A stretch of 62,838 nucleotides of DNA, filler included, from Chiloscyllium plagiosum (Eukaryota), in assembly GCF_004010195.1 (NCBI RefSeq). It is 5 parts of one record of this genome, joined end to end, with 100 filler letters (N's around TTAATTAATTAA, not from the genome) between each part and the next. Parts side by side here need not be neighbours in the genome. Positions count along the whole stretch, not along the records: positions 1 to 15,529 come from NC_057717.1; positions 15,630 to 27,828 come from NC_057717.1; 3 more parts are not named here. One strand, 5' to 3'. Made by a program: the position numbers and the translations under genes. Each line of letters starts with the position of its first letter. The stretch's first letter is position 1. The notes below the pieces were generated by a model. The model did no database searches, was not told where the DNA came from, and saw only the letters and a program-made list of their open reading frames with translations. Below, piece after piece: positions 13,441 to 24,260 of this stretch.

Positions 13441-13810
13441 TATAACGTATTCAAAACCGATTATAAAGGAAAACAAAGGATGAAGTGGAGAAGTATTGGT
13501 TCAGGATAGTGTTAGTTAATGAGTCTGAGATTAAGTTGATGCCTTCAAGTTCAGAATGAATTTGGCTGGAGTTTTAGTTAAAAAAAATCTATAAGGTTAC
13601 GCTGTGAGGGACCGTCTGTGGGCTGCCAACTAGTGAAAATGATACAGAGATGGCAACATGATAGTGTTGAGAAACTTGCATTATCCAGATACAGGCTGGG
13701 ATACTGACCGTGTCTGGGCAGTGACGGATTGCATGGAGGAGAGCTTACTGCAGGAGTATGTGCCCACCCCAATGGACCATGTACTGTTGAACCTTGGAAA
13801 AGAGTTTTGT

Positions 13811-14017
13811 TTAGATTACAAGATTAGATTAGATTACATTACAGTGTGGAAACAGGCCCTTCGGCCCAACAAGTCCACACTGACCCGCCGAAGCGAAACC
13901 CACCCATACCCCTACATTTACCCCTTACCTAACACTAGGCAATTTAGCATGGCCAATTCACCTGACCCTGCACATCTTTGGATGTGGGAGGAAACCGGAG
14001 CACCCGGAGGAAACCCA
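13811..14017 (-). mobile_element. HE1 SINE, 5'-truncated
   Basis: Reverse complement of the 3' half of 14404-14729 including the (AATCT)n tail. Confidence 0.9.
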
Positions 14018-14280
14018 CAGGTGGGGAAAGTGGATCCAGTATCAGGTGGGAACATTTTCAGACACGATGATCATTTTATTGTAATGCTCAGGATGATGGT
14101 AGAGACTGCTATGCATTGACTGAGTTTGAGAAAAATCAATCGACTGAGAGCTGCCTTCAGTGGGGCAACAATGAATCTGGAAAGGTATGACCGGAACACC
14201 AAGTTGGTCAGAAAAAGAAAAATTGAACAATGGGCTCCCTTCAATGGCTTGGGTCTGTTCGAGGAATACTTCCTCGCACA

Positions 14281-14393
14281 GGAAAGGCAGGGGCGGCACG
14301 GTGGCACAGTGGTGCCTTGCAGCACCTGAGACCCGGGTTCAATTCCCGCCTCAGGCGACTGACTGTGTGGAGTTTGCACGTTCTCCCCGTGTC
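14281..14393 (+). mobile_element. Duplicated HE1 5' head plus flank
   Basis: GGAAAGGCAGGGGCGGCACGGTGG...TTCTCCCCGTGTC repeats 14394 onward, with a short internal deletion. Confidence 0.9.
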
Positions 14394-14403
14394 GGAAAGG
14401 CAG

Positions 14404-14729
14404 GGGCGGCACGGTGGCACAGTGGTTATCACTGCTGCCTCGCAGCGCCTGAGACCCGGGTTCAATTCCCGCCTCAGGCGACTGACTGTGTGGAGTTTGC
14501 ACGTTCTCCCCGTGTCTGCGTGGGTTTCCTCCGGGTGCTCCGGTTTCCTCCCAGAGTCCAAGATGTGCAGGGCCAGGTGAATTGGCCATGCTAAATTGTC
14601 CGTAGTGTTAGATAAGGGGTAAATGTAGGGGTGTGGGTGGGTTGCGCTTCGGTGGGTCGGTGTGGACTTGTTGGGCCGAAGGGCCTGTTTCCACACTGTA
14701 ATCTAATCTAATCTAATCTAAAAAAAAAA
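14404..14729 (+). mobile_element. HE1 SINE, full length, young
   Basis: A box 14415-14425, B box GGTTCAATTCC 14459-14469, V-domain, (AATCT)n tail then A-run; many CpGs retained. Confidence 0.95.
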
Positions 14730-15529
14730 CCCAATGCCCCCTCGGTGACAATGGAGCAAAAGGTTAAGGTGAAGATGAACAATTGAAGAGCTGTCAGATA
14801 GAGAACAATATTTTGAACCTGGAGAAATGCTGAAGGTTTACGGTAGAGATGGTAGAGCGGAGGGATTTATGAGAAAATGGAAAGCCAACATAAAGTTGTC
14901 ACACCTCTAAGGGAGCGTGCGAAAAGGTGGAGCCAGGCTGATACAACACTTGAAAGAGGATTTATACTGAGAAGAAGGGGAATGGCTGAGTGTGAGCTGA
15001 ATACTTCATCTCTGTCTTTACCAAAGTGGGTGAACCCACCCAGGCCATGGTGACAGAGGAGGAAACTCTGTCACTCGAAAGGTACAACATTGATGAGGAA
15101 TATCTTGGTGGCCCAGGCAACAAACATGTTTCTCTGTTTTTCCCTCGATATATGTGACATTAAATCATTCATTCTTTCATTCTTGCATGGAATAAAATAT
15201 CAATTTGGACACAAAATTTACTGGAAATCGAGACGAATGGTAGGAAATCGAGAGGAATGGTCACTAGATTTTTAATTCAGGCTGGATATAGATTTTCAGT
15301 GAAGTTCCGCAGGATTCAGTTTTGGTGACCTCATTTATTTTGATATGTATGAACGATGTACATCTGGTATGCAGGGACCCATTCAAAGTTTACAGTTGAC
15401 ACAGCACGAAAAGAAATTGTAAACTGTGAGGAAAACGGTGTAGAACTCTAAACTTACATTGCCAACTTCTTAGAAACAGTACAGAGGTGATTGATGAAGT
15501 TTGGCACATTGAAACATGAGACAATGCAA
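14730..15529 (+). mobile_element. Old CR1 ORF2 remnant (host of the HE1 insertions, likely extending upstream to ~13560)
   Basis: Degenerate RT motifs: GTTCCGCAGGATTCAGTTTTGG (VPQ.SVL) and TCAAAGTTTACAGTTGACACA (SKF.xDT). Confidence 0.65.
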
Positions 15530-15629
15530 NNNNNNNNNNNNNNNNNNNNNNNNNNNNNNNNNNNNNNNNNNNNTTAATTAATTAANNNNNNNNNNNNNNN
15601 NNNNNNNNNNNNNNNNNNNNNNNNNNNNN
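15530..15629. other. Assembly gap: 44 N + TTAATTAATTAA + 44 N (artificial)
   Basis: Identical 100-bp construct at four places in the window. Confidence 0.97.
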
Positions 15630-16351
15630 GTGAGATGTTTCACACCGTCACCTACCCTTTCTTTTCCCAAGAATATTTTACAACGCCATGTCAAAAAGTG
15701 TGTGACAGTCTTCATCTGCTGAATGGTTTCTGCTCTTTCTGTGCACCAGGTTACTGGGGTAAATGGCCTCCGACTGTTCCTGTCCAGCAAGTTTGAGAGT
15801 TTCAATCGAACATAGGAACGAGGGACTGAGGAGAAGGGCTGGTCATTAGACACTTGGAGCCTTCTCCACCAGGCAATAAGATTGTGGCTGATCAGCTTGT
15901 GGTTTCCTTTCTGTAGTTCATTGTCCTTTACCATGCAATATCGAAGTAGCATGGCTTTCAATAAATTCAAACACACAAGCACCACAAACGTCTGGGGAAG
16001 ACCATTTCCACTCAAACAGCCCTTTTTGAATTTCTCCTCATCCCTGTTCAGACTGGGGCTGGAGAGGTCACTGTTTCATTTTCTAGTCCCTCTCCTCCAT
16101 TGGTTATGACACATTTTAAATGTGACTAGGTTCGTGATATAATCAATGATGTAGTTGTCAGACTAGTTCTGGTTCTTTGATCGGGACAAGTCAGGTAGAT
16201 AGCTTAAATTTGGAAAAGTAATTTACCAAACTAAACTTACTTAACCAAATGGAAAGATACATGATAAGCAGTGTAGACGAATATGTACGTTAATACTTAT
16301 CTTTCAATGTATACTGAGACACAGTTTGTATACACATAAACATACACATTC

Positions 16352-16550
16352 ACAGACACATACACTGAGACACTCACAGTGTCACACACACAAATGCACA
16401 CAGACACACACATACACATGCATGAAGACAAACAGAAAAAATCTCTGCAGAAAGACACATACACTGAGACACTCACAGTGTCACACACACAAATGCACAC
16501 AGACACACACATACACATGCATGAAGACAAACAGAAAAAATCTCTGCAGA
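16352..16550. repeat. ~102-bp tandem duplication in CA-rich sequence
   Basis: AGACACATACACTGAGACACTCACAG...AAATCTCTGCAGAA occurs twice. Confidence 0.9.
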
Positions 16551-17224
16551 ATATCAGCTTGAAAGAGATTTTCGAAGCAAAAGTTAAATTCAAGACGAAA
16601 GGAAATATTAAATTGTATTCTGCATCTCAGGTCATTCTGTTCACACAAGCTGCTGTCAATCGGATTCTTTCCTGGAACCTTTGGATTTGGCTGAATTCCC
16701 TTTGCTTCTGAAAGTATGGACATTTCAATGAGTCCTCAACAAGAATCCTTCACGAGTGCTAAAAATGCCTGATGAGATTCCCCCTCTCATACCTTGCTTT
16801 GAGAAGGAACAAGGAAGCAAAAGAAATAATAAGCCGTGACGTCTCTAGCAGGTTGCATCTTTTCCAACTTTTAAATGAAATATACAATAATGTTATCTGA
16901 CCACCTAATTGGACCAGATGAAGCCTCCTTGAATATGCTCTGGATTGTGTGACTCCGTCCCTGTTCCCTGATCCATGTAGGAGCAATTTATAAGCTATAA
17001 TTTGAAGCTGTGTTTGTATGTGTCCTCATACTTTTGTCCAATAAATTCATGTCTTTGGGCTATCTGTGTTAAAATGAATACATTGTTCTCTTAAATTTGT
17101 ATCTTTAGTTCTAGTTTCCCACACCAGAGGAAATGTCCATCAGCCAAGCACCTGATGCACTCTCCTCAAGATCTTATATGGTTCAATATGAAACTCTCTA
17201 ATTCTCAAACCTTAAGTGGCCTGG

Positions 17225-17545
17225 CCTTGTAGAGGTTTATAAAATTATGAGGGGCATGGAAATGGTGAATACCCAAGGACATTTTCTGAGATTGACGGAG
17301 TCCAAAACTCGAGCTCATAGTTTAAAGGTGAGGGAGAAAGATTTAAAAGAAATAAAAGTGGTAATCTTTTCTCGGAGTGTATGGAATGGCTGGGAAAATT
17401 ACAACATTTAAAAGCCATTTCAATGGATACTTGAATAGGAAGGGTTATGGGCCAAGTGCTGGCAAATGGGACGAGATTAATTGAGGGCATCAGGTCGTCA
17501 TGGACAAGGTGTAGCGAAAGGTCTGTTTCTGTGCTGTATGACAGA
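17225..17545 (+). mobile_element. CR1/HER1 3' fragment
   Basis: GAGGTTTATAAAATTATGAGGGGCATGGA through CGAAAGGTCTGTTTCTGTGCTGTATGAC resembles the CR1 3' end at 32500-32870. Confidence 0.75.
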
Positions 17546-18849
17546 ATAAGGCCTTCTTTCCAGGAACACGTACATATTTACAAAGCTTCAGAATCAATTT
17601 AGTGTATTTACTTTTCAGTTTAAGGAATCATCACTACACGCAATACATCAGATGTGGCCTCAGAAATCCCCTGTACAGATGCAGTAAAATATCCTGATAG
17701 CCTTTGCATGGAACAGAATAATTCCATATACTTTCTTAACCACTTACCACATCTGCATAATACCTGTGTGTGATGCATTTACCAGGATGCACAAATCCCT
17801 TTGTACCACTGAGTTTTGTGATCTCTCTCCTTTTAAGTTGTTTACTATTGTTTTACGCTTTTGTCACAGCATAAACTTCATTTGCGCAAGTTATACTGTT
17901 TCTGCTAAAAGTTTACACACTAACCTCCACTGTCTCTACCCCATTACATACTCTCTACCTCCACTTGACATCTTATTGAATTCATATCTTGGTGGCTGAG
18001 CTAATTGAGGTCCAATCCAATCAGTCCCCACATCCGAATCATTGACAGGTTCGAAATAGTTGTTGATCTCTCCCTGATCTCTAAGGAAGTCCACCACGTT
18101 AAAGCTTTCCAAATTGAAAACAAACATCAATCCCTACTGTCGATTTCCTGATAGTTACTCAGCGTTCCCTGTTTCTGTGTAGCAGCTTAGAAAGGTTGGA
18201 TGGCCTCCTCATGTGCTGTGTAATGTACTCAAATGGCTGAATGACTTTATCATCTTCCTTTGTAAATCCTTAGAGGGCAAGAAGGTCTCCTCGTGTCTCA
18301 TTGCTGACAGGCTGAATTGGACCTTCCTCTCCCTCTGTGACAGAATCAAGGGTTTGAGTGAGAGAACAAGACATGGGTTAGGAACAGCAGGTGGCCAATC
18401 AGCCGTTCGCGCCTGCTGCTCCATACAGAATGTGCATTGTTGATGTGATTGTAACTAAACATCCCTTTCCTGCCTGTTCCCAAATAAGCATAGATTCTTT
18501 TGTTCATCAATGATCTATGGAACTCAATTTTGAATGTTTTTATTAACCCAGTCTTCACTGCTGTTTGGGCGTGGGAACACTACAGATCACACAACCCTAA
18601 CGAGAAAGGAACATCCCTGTCTCAGTCAGAAATGGAAATGCCCTTATTCTTAAAATGTGTCCCCCTCAAGCCAATCACCAATCTTTTAACACAGCGACAC
18701 AACAATTAGAAACTGATATAGGCCATTTAAAACTCGAACCTGTCCATAGTTCCTTTAAATACTGACAATCAAATACTTACCAAATTTAGCCTCAACTGAG
18801 GTTAGATGAACTCCAGATACCATAAGCTCAGAAGAGAGTAGGAAATTGG

Positions 18850-19612
18850 AACATAGAACAGTGCAGCACAGCACAGTCCTTCAGCCTTCGATGTCGTGTC
18901 AACCTTTTATCCTAGTCTAAGACTAAACTAAATTTCATACCCTTCATTTTATTATCATTCATGTGTCTATCCAAGAGTTGCTTGAATGTCCCTAATGTAT
19001 CTGATTCTACTAGCACCGCTAGATGTGCATTCCATGCACCTACCACTATCTGTAGAAAGAAAATACTGTCTCTGGCATCTCCCCTCAGCCTTCCTCCAAT
19101 CACTTTAAAATTATGCTCCCTGCGTGATAGCCATTTCCACACCGATAAAAAGTCTCCAGTTGTCCACTCTATCTATGCCTCATCATCTTGCACACCTACA
19201 TTATGTAGCTCTAATCCTTCCTCACTCCAATGAGAAAACCCTAGCTCCCATAGAAATTCTGCATAAGACATGCTTTCCTGCACAGGCAACATCCTGGTAA
19301 ATTTTGTTTGCACCCTCTGGAAAGCTTCCAATTTCTTTCCGTAATGGTGCGACCAGAACTCAATACAATACTTCATGTGTGATCTAACCAGGGCTTTATA
19401 GAGCTATAGCATAATCTCGCGGCTCTTAAACTCAATTTCTCTGTTAACGAAAACCAACTCACCATACTTCTCTTAACACCCCTATCACCTTGAATGGCAA
19501 CTTTCAAGGTACCTAAGGACGTGGAGTCTAAGATCCGTCTGTTCCTCCACACGGCCAAGAATGCTACCTTTGACCCTGTAATCTGCATTTGATTCCAAAA
19601 TGAATCACTTCA
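18850..19612 (-). mobile_element. CR1 LINE 3' fragment
   Basis: YCIEFWSHHY...QRVQTKFTRMLP; REHNFKVIGG...VVGAWNA; GAACATAGAACA tail. Confidence 0.85.
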
Positions 19613-20571
19613 GAAAATGGGAAATTGGAGCAGAATTAAGCCATTTAGCCAATTGGTCCTGCTGTGCCGTTTGAATACGGGTGAAACGTTTCTCAGCCGC
19701 ATTCTTCTGCCTTCGCCAATTGATCAAATGGTTCCCTTATTAATGAATAACGTATTTATCTCTATCTTAAATAAATTATTTTTTCTGTGTGCAGGAGTGT
19801 GCATGTGTTAGTGTGTTAGTGTTGATACCTGTATCGATATGTGCTGTGTGTTTAATGTGTGCATGTCCGTTTGTGTGTATCTCTGTCTGCATCTCTGTCT
19901 TTGAAGATGTTGGGGTAAATCCACTGAAATTGACACCAACACACTCCCCCTTCATCCATCTCTACTGTCTGTCAATGTCAAGTGTAGAGCCGTATAATGC
20001 CATCCTCTGCTGTCCTACCCTGGCTAAATGTCAGATTTTATTCTCTCTCAGATGACATCAAATTCTATAAATCTCTCAGATTGCACGGCTGCTTGGGTTT
20101 TCAAATAACGCCTTTTTAAGCACAGAGCACTTCCGTCTAATACCTAGTGATATTCTCCTTGAGATATTACCAACATCACTGGGTCAGTTTCAGGGATTTT
20201 CAATCCTTTCTCACTTCTAATTTGTAAGAGTTCATTACAAAAGATTTCAAGTTAAAGAACGTGTAATAAATGCATTACATCAATTTACACATGTTTCAGT
20301 CGACCTTCATTGGATGCAGTTGCAGTGGAAATACCCTTTATTGTGTCCACTCCGTGTCACGAATAATCTTCAAAGACAAATCACTTCCAAGTTGTAGAAG
20401 GAGCGCAGACATTACTCTACATGAGCATTCTCCACTCTTAGGGTCCTCAGTACAATTACGATACTCCCTATACCTGTCTATATGTGTGTGTGCGTGTGTG
20501 TGTCTGGTGATGGTGCTGTCAGTTTGGATGGTGCTGTGAGCTGGATCCCGCCCAGACTGAAACTCTGATGT

Positions 20572-20690
20572 GAAAAAGTGAGGTCTGCAGATGCTGGAAA
20601 TCACAGTGCTGGAAAAGCACAGCAGGTCAGGCATCTTTCAAGGAGCAGGAAAATTAACATTTTGGGCTAGAGCAATTCACCAGGAATGCC
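20572..20690 (-). mobile_element. Penelope-type terminal repeat, single arm
   Basis: GTGAGGTCTGCAGATGCTGGA...CTGGAAAAGCACAGCAGGTCAGGCA...TTCACCAGGAAT, one arm of the hairpin family. Confidence 0.75.
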
Positions 20691-21166
20691 GTCGATGTAG
20701 TAGAGTGTGAAGGCCAACCGAGGGGGGCATTGCTTCACTTTGAACACCACAGAGGTTGAGATATCCGCTATGCACATGGATACACACAGAGACACGCAGG
20801 TACACACAGAGACGAATGCAGACACGCAAAGACACGCATCATTGATTATAGATACACACACAAAAAAACTGACGCAGTAACACAGATACTAATACAGACA
20901 TACAGAGACACATACCGATACGCATACACACACAGTCATCAATACAGACATACTATACACACGCTGACACACTGATCTTGATACAAACATCTAGAGTCTG
21001 CCAGTATTTACTTTTCACGTGGTGACATTCCCAATATTTCACTTGCTCTGTGTGGTGTGTGTTAATATTTCTGTTGCACTGCAGGAAATCCTCTGCACCC
21101 TCTCATTAGCTTCCACAATTTTCTATGACAAGGCGACCAGAACCGAACACAATGTTCCACGTGTAG

Positions 21167-21939
21167 TGTTACATCACGGCGATGAACGCTTCTGCTAATT
21201 AAAGCAAACAGCGAGAAAAGCTCAACTCGCAACGTAAGCTGTTAAAGTATGAGTGACAAATCTCAAACTTCACTCTTTAAGTATAAATAATTTCAATTTA
21301 TTCCTTAACTCTAAAAGTGAACATTGAACAACAGCTATTCACAACTCGAAGCCCCTCTTTCTCTGAACTGGTTGGTATTTGCCTCCTTTATAACAACATA
21401 ATGTTCCAATAAGAAAAACCCATATTAAAATTGCATCAACTTAATTTCAAAGCGACACGGCATCTGTCATCTCCAGTGCCATCTTTCTTTCAGCTGAAGA
21501 TCTTCCTGGGTTGTCTTCTGAATTTTAGTGCAAGGATGTTTCATACAAAAACGGTATCTTTGTCAGAGAGAGTTTGGCATGACCGTCTCTCTCTAGATGG
21601 CAGTTACTCTCAGCCCAACTAGCGAACTGCCTGCCTCCTATATGCCACTCAATATTTGATCATCTCATTGGTTATATGTTGGCAAAACAATAAATTCAAA
21701 AGCGATTGACTTTTGTATCCTCCTGCAGAATTTAAACTGAATGGTTAAATTCGAATTGTTGTCATTCAGCAACCGAAACTCAAGGTATCTGTTTCACAGC
21801 CAAACGTTGCATGCTTTATATTTTCCAGTATACTTTGGGATCTGCTAGCTGGTCAAACGAAAGTGCTTGCAAGCTCTCAGTGCAGAACAACATTCACTCT
21901 CTCTTAAAAGGTACTATAATCACCTTCAACTTCATAACA
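21167..21939. mobile_element. Probable solo LTR (773 bp) inserted in a CR1 fragment
   Basis: Termini TGTTA...TAACA; flanks rejoin as CR1 sequence (GCGACCAGAAC...GCTTTATAGAGCTGTAGCAT, compare 19349-19412). No clear target-site duplication. Confidence 0.65.
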
Positions 21940-22060
21940 CTGATTTATTCCGAGCTTTATAGAGCTGTAGCATAATCTCACAACTCTGAAACTCAGTTCC
22001 GTAATTTGTGAAAGCCAACACAATATACACTTTCTTAACAACCACATCAAATTGGGTCAA

Positions 22061-22275
22061 GATTAGGGTAGTGTTGGAAAAACACAGCAGGTCAGGCAGC
22101 ATCCGAGGAGCGGGGAAATTGATGTTTTGTGCAGAAGCCCTTCATCAGATAATGAAGAGCGTCTGCTTGAAACGTCGATTTTCCTGCTCCTCGGATGCTG
22201 CGTGACCTGCTATGCTTTCCAGCACCACTCTAATATTGACTCTGATATCCAGTATCTGCAGTCCTCGCTTTTGCC
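22061..22275. mobile_element. Penelope-type inverted-repeat (hairpin) element
   Basis: Arms GGAAAAACACAGCAGGTCAGGCAGCATCCGAGGAGC and GCTCCTCGGATGCTGCGTGACCTGCTATGCTTTCC; CTGATGAAGGGC core on the minus strand. Confidence 0.8.
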
Positions 22276-22279
22276 GATT

Positions 22280-23552
22280 TAGCATCAACCTGGGTAACTG
22301 TGAGGGATCTCTGGATATGGACACCAAGATCCCTCTGTTCCTCCGCACTGCCAAGAATACTGCCTTTAGCCCAATATTCTACATTCAAATTCGACCCTCC
22401 AAAGTGAATGTTTCCAGGTTTCACTTGATCTGCTTCTGTTCTGAATCCTGTCAATGTTCCATTGAAACTTACAACATATCTCAACATTATCCAGAACTCC
22501 ATCAACCTTTGTGTTATCGGCAGACGTACTAATCCGCACTTCCACTTCCTCTTCCAAGCCATTAGGAAAAATCCCAAAGAGCAGAAGTCCTAAAGCTGAT
22601 TCTGCGGGACACCATTAATCACAGAGCTCCAGACTGAATGCTTTCAATCTACTACCAACCTCAGACAACCAAATTTCCCTGCATCCCATGCCTACATATT
22701 TTCTGAATGAGCCTACTGTGGGTAACTTTATCAAACGTCTTGCTTAAATCTATATACACCAAATCCATTGATCTACCTTCATAAATGTGTTTTGTCACAT
22801 CCTCAAATGATTACAAAAGATTCGTGAGGCATGATCTGCCCCTCACAAAGGCATACCGACTATCTCTATCAAACGATGTTTTTTTTTCCACGTAATCATA
22901 AATCATGTCTCTCAGAATCCTCTCCAATACTTTGCCCACCACTGTCGTAAGTCTGATTCGTCTATAATTCCCAAGATTATCCCTATTCCATTGCTTGAAC
23001 AAGAGAATAACATTTGCCAACCTCTTTTCATCTGGCCTGACTCCAGTGGACAGTGAGGATGCAAAGATCATTGTCAAACGTGCAGCAATCTCTTCTCTCG
23101 TTTCCTGTAGCATCCTTGCTTATATTCTTTTTGGCCAAGGAGAATTATCTATCCTTGTGTTTCTCAAATGTTTCGTCACATCCTCCTGTTTTAGCATATC
23201 AGCCTGTTTCACGCTCTCCCCATAAACATCAATGCCAATCTAAGTAGTGAATACTGAAGCAAAGCATTCATTAAGGACCTCTCCTACCTCTTCCAACCCA
23301 TGACGCAAATTGCCACCACAATCTGTGATGAGTGCTACTCTCACTCTGGCCGTCATCTTGTTCCTGACATACGTGTAGAACATCTTCGCTTTTACCCACC
23401 AAGACTTTTTCATGCCCGCTTCTTGCTCTCCTGAGTTCATTCTTCAGTTCCTTCCTGGCTAACTTGTAACCCTCTAGAGCCCTGTCTGATCCTTGGCTCC
23501 TCAACCTTAGGAAAACATCGTCCTTCCTTTTTACGAGATACTCTACATCCCT
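22280..23552 (-). mobile_element. CR1 ORF2 remnant
   Basis: GNYRRIRLTTVVGKVLERILRD...FVRGRSCLTNL; ADNTKVDG; EQRDLGVHI. Confidence 0.88.
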
Positions 23553-23553
23553 T

Positions 23554-24260
23554 GGCACAATGGAAGTATGAAGCTGTAAATGGAGGGGAGCGACATATCC
23601 TGCCACTTCCAGCATGGGCTGCAAGTTTCCCCACACTGGGCAGTAATCTAACACAATGTTACTGAACAATGTACTAGGGTGATGGACACAGTTCTACATC
23701 CTGGGAGGTTAACTGCTCCTGGTTTTCAAATCAATGCACTGGGGTGATGCACAAAGTCCTACATGCTGGGAGGGTAACTGCTTCTGGTTTACAGTTCAAT
23801 GCACTGGGATGGTGTACCCAGCTCTGCATGCTTTAAGGGTAACTGCTCCAGGTTTAAAGATCAAAGCACTGGGGTGGTGTACACAGTCCTACTCCTGGGA
23901 GGGTAACTGCTCCTGGTTTACAGATCAATGCACTTGGATGGTGTCCACGGTTCGACATACTGGGAGGGTAACTGCTCCTGCTTGACAGGTAAATGCACTG
24001 GGGGGTGAACGCAGCTGTACATGCTGCGGGGGTAAGTGCTCCAGCGTTTCAGAGCAATTCACTGTTATACACCACACAGCTCCCCATGGACTGGTGTGGT
24101 CCGCACTGTCTGTACAGAGTACTGGGTTGTATTGAGCAGTACTCTCGCCTGGTCTGCACTGTGCTCCATGCTAAACAGATATCTCCTCTGTATTATGGTG
24201 TCTTATTCTGTGTGGCGGATTGGGCACCTGATATAATTGACCATTTGAACTTATCTCTCA
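23554..24260 (+). repeat. Dispersed composite repeat, copy A, containing a 65-bp minisatellite (~6 units, 23667-24080)
   Basis: GGGAGGGTAACTGCTCC-type motif at 23703, 23768, 23833, 23897, 23962, 24026; homologous to the reverse complement of 60550-61463. Confidence 0.8.

Noticed and set aside
14404..14480. tRNA gene
   Set aside because: The tRNA-like A/B boxes continue into the V-domain and tail of an HE1 SINE.
15574..15585. Palindromic TTAATTAATTAA, also at 27873, 48607 and 57032
   Set aside because: Always centred in exactly 100 bp of N padding; an all-frame-stop scaffolding linker, not biology.
15630..16110. Minus-strand ORF running into the gap
   Set aside because: No recognisable motif or splice structure; cannot be supported.
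23667..24080. CRISPR-like appearance of the regular repeats (also the 35-, 48- and 50-bp arrays)
   Set aside because: The whole unit is repeated, there are no unique spacers or cas genes, and the context is a vertebrate genome.
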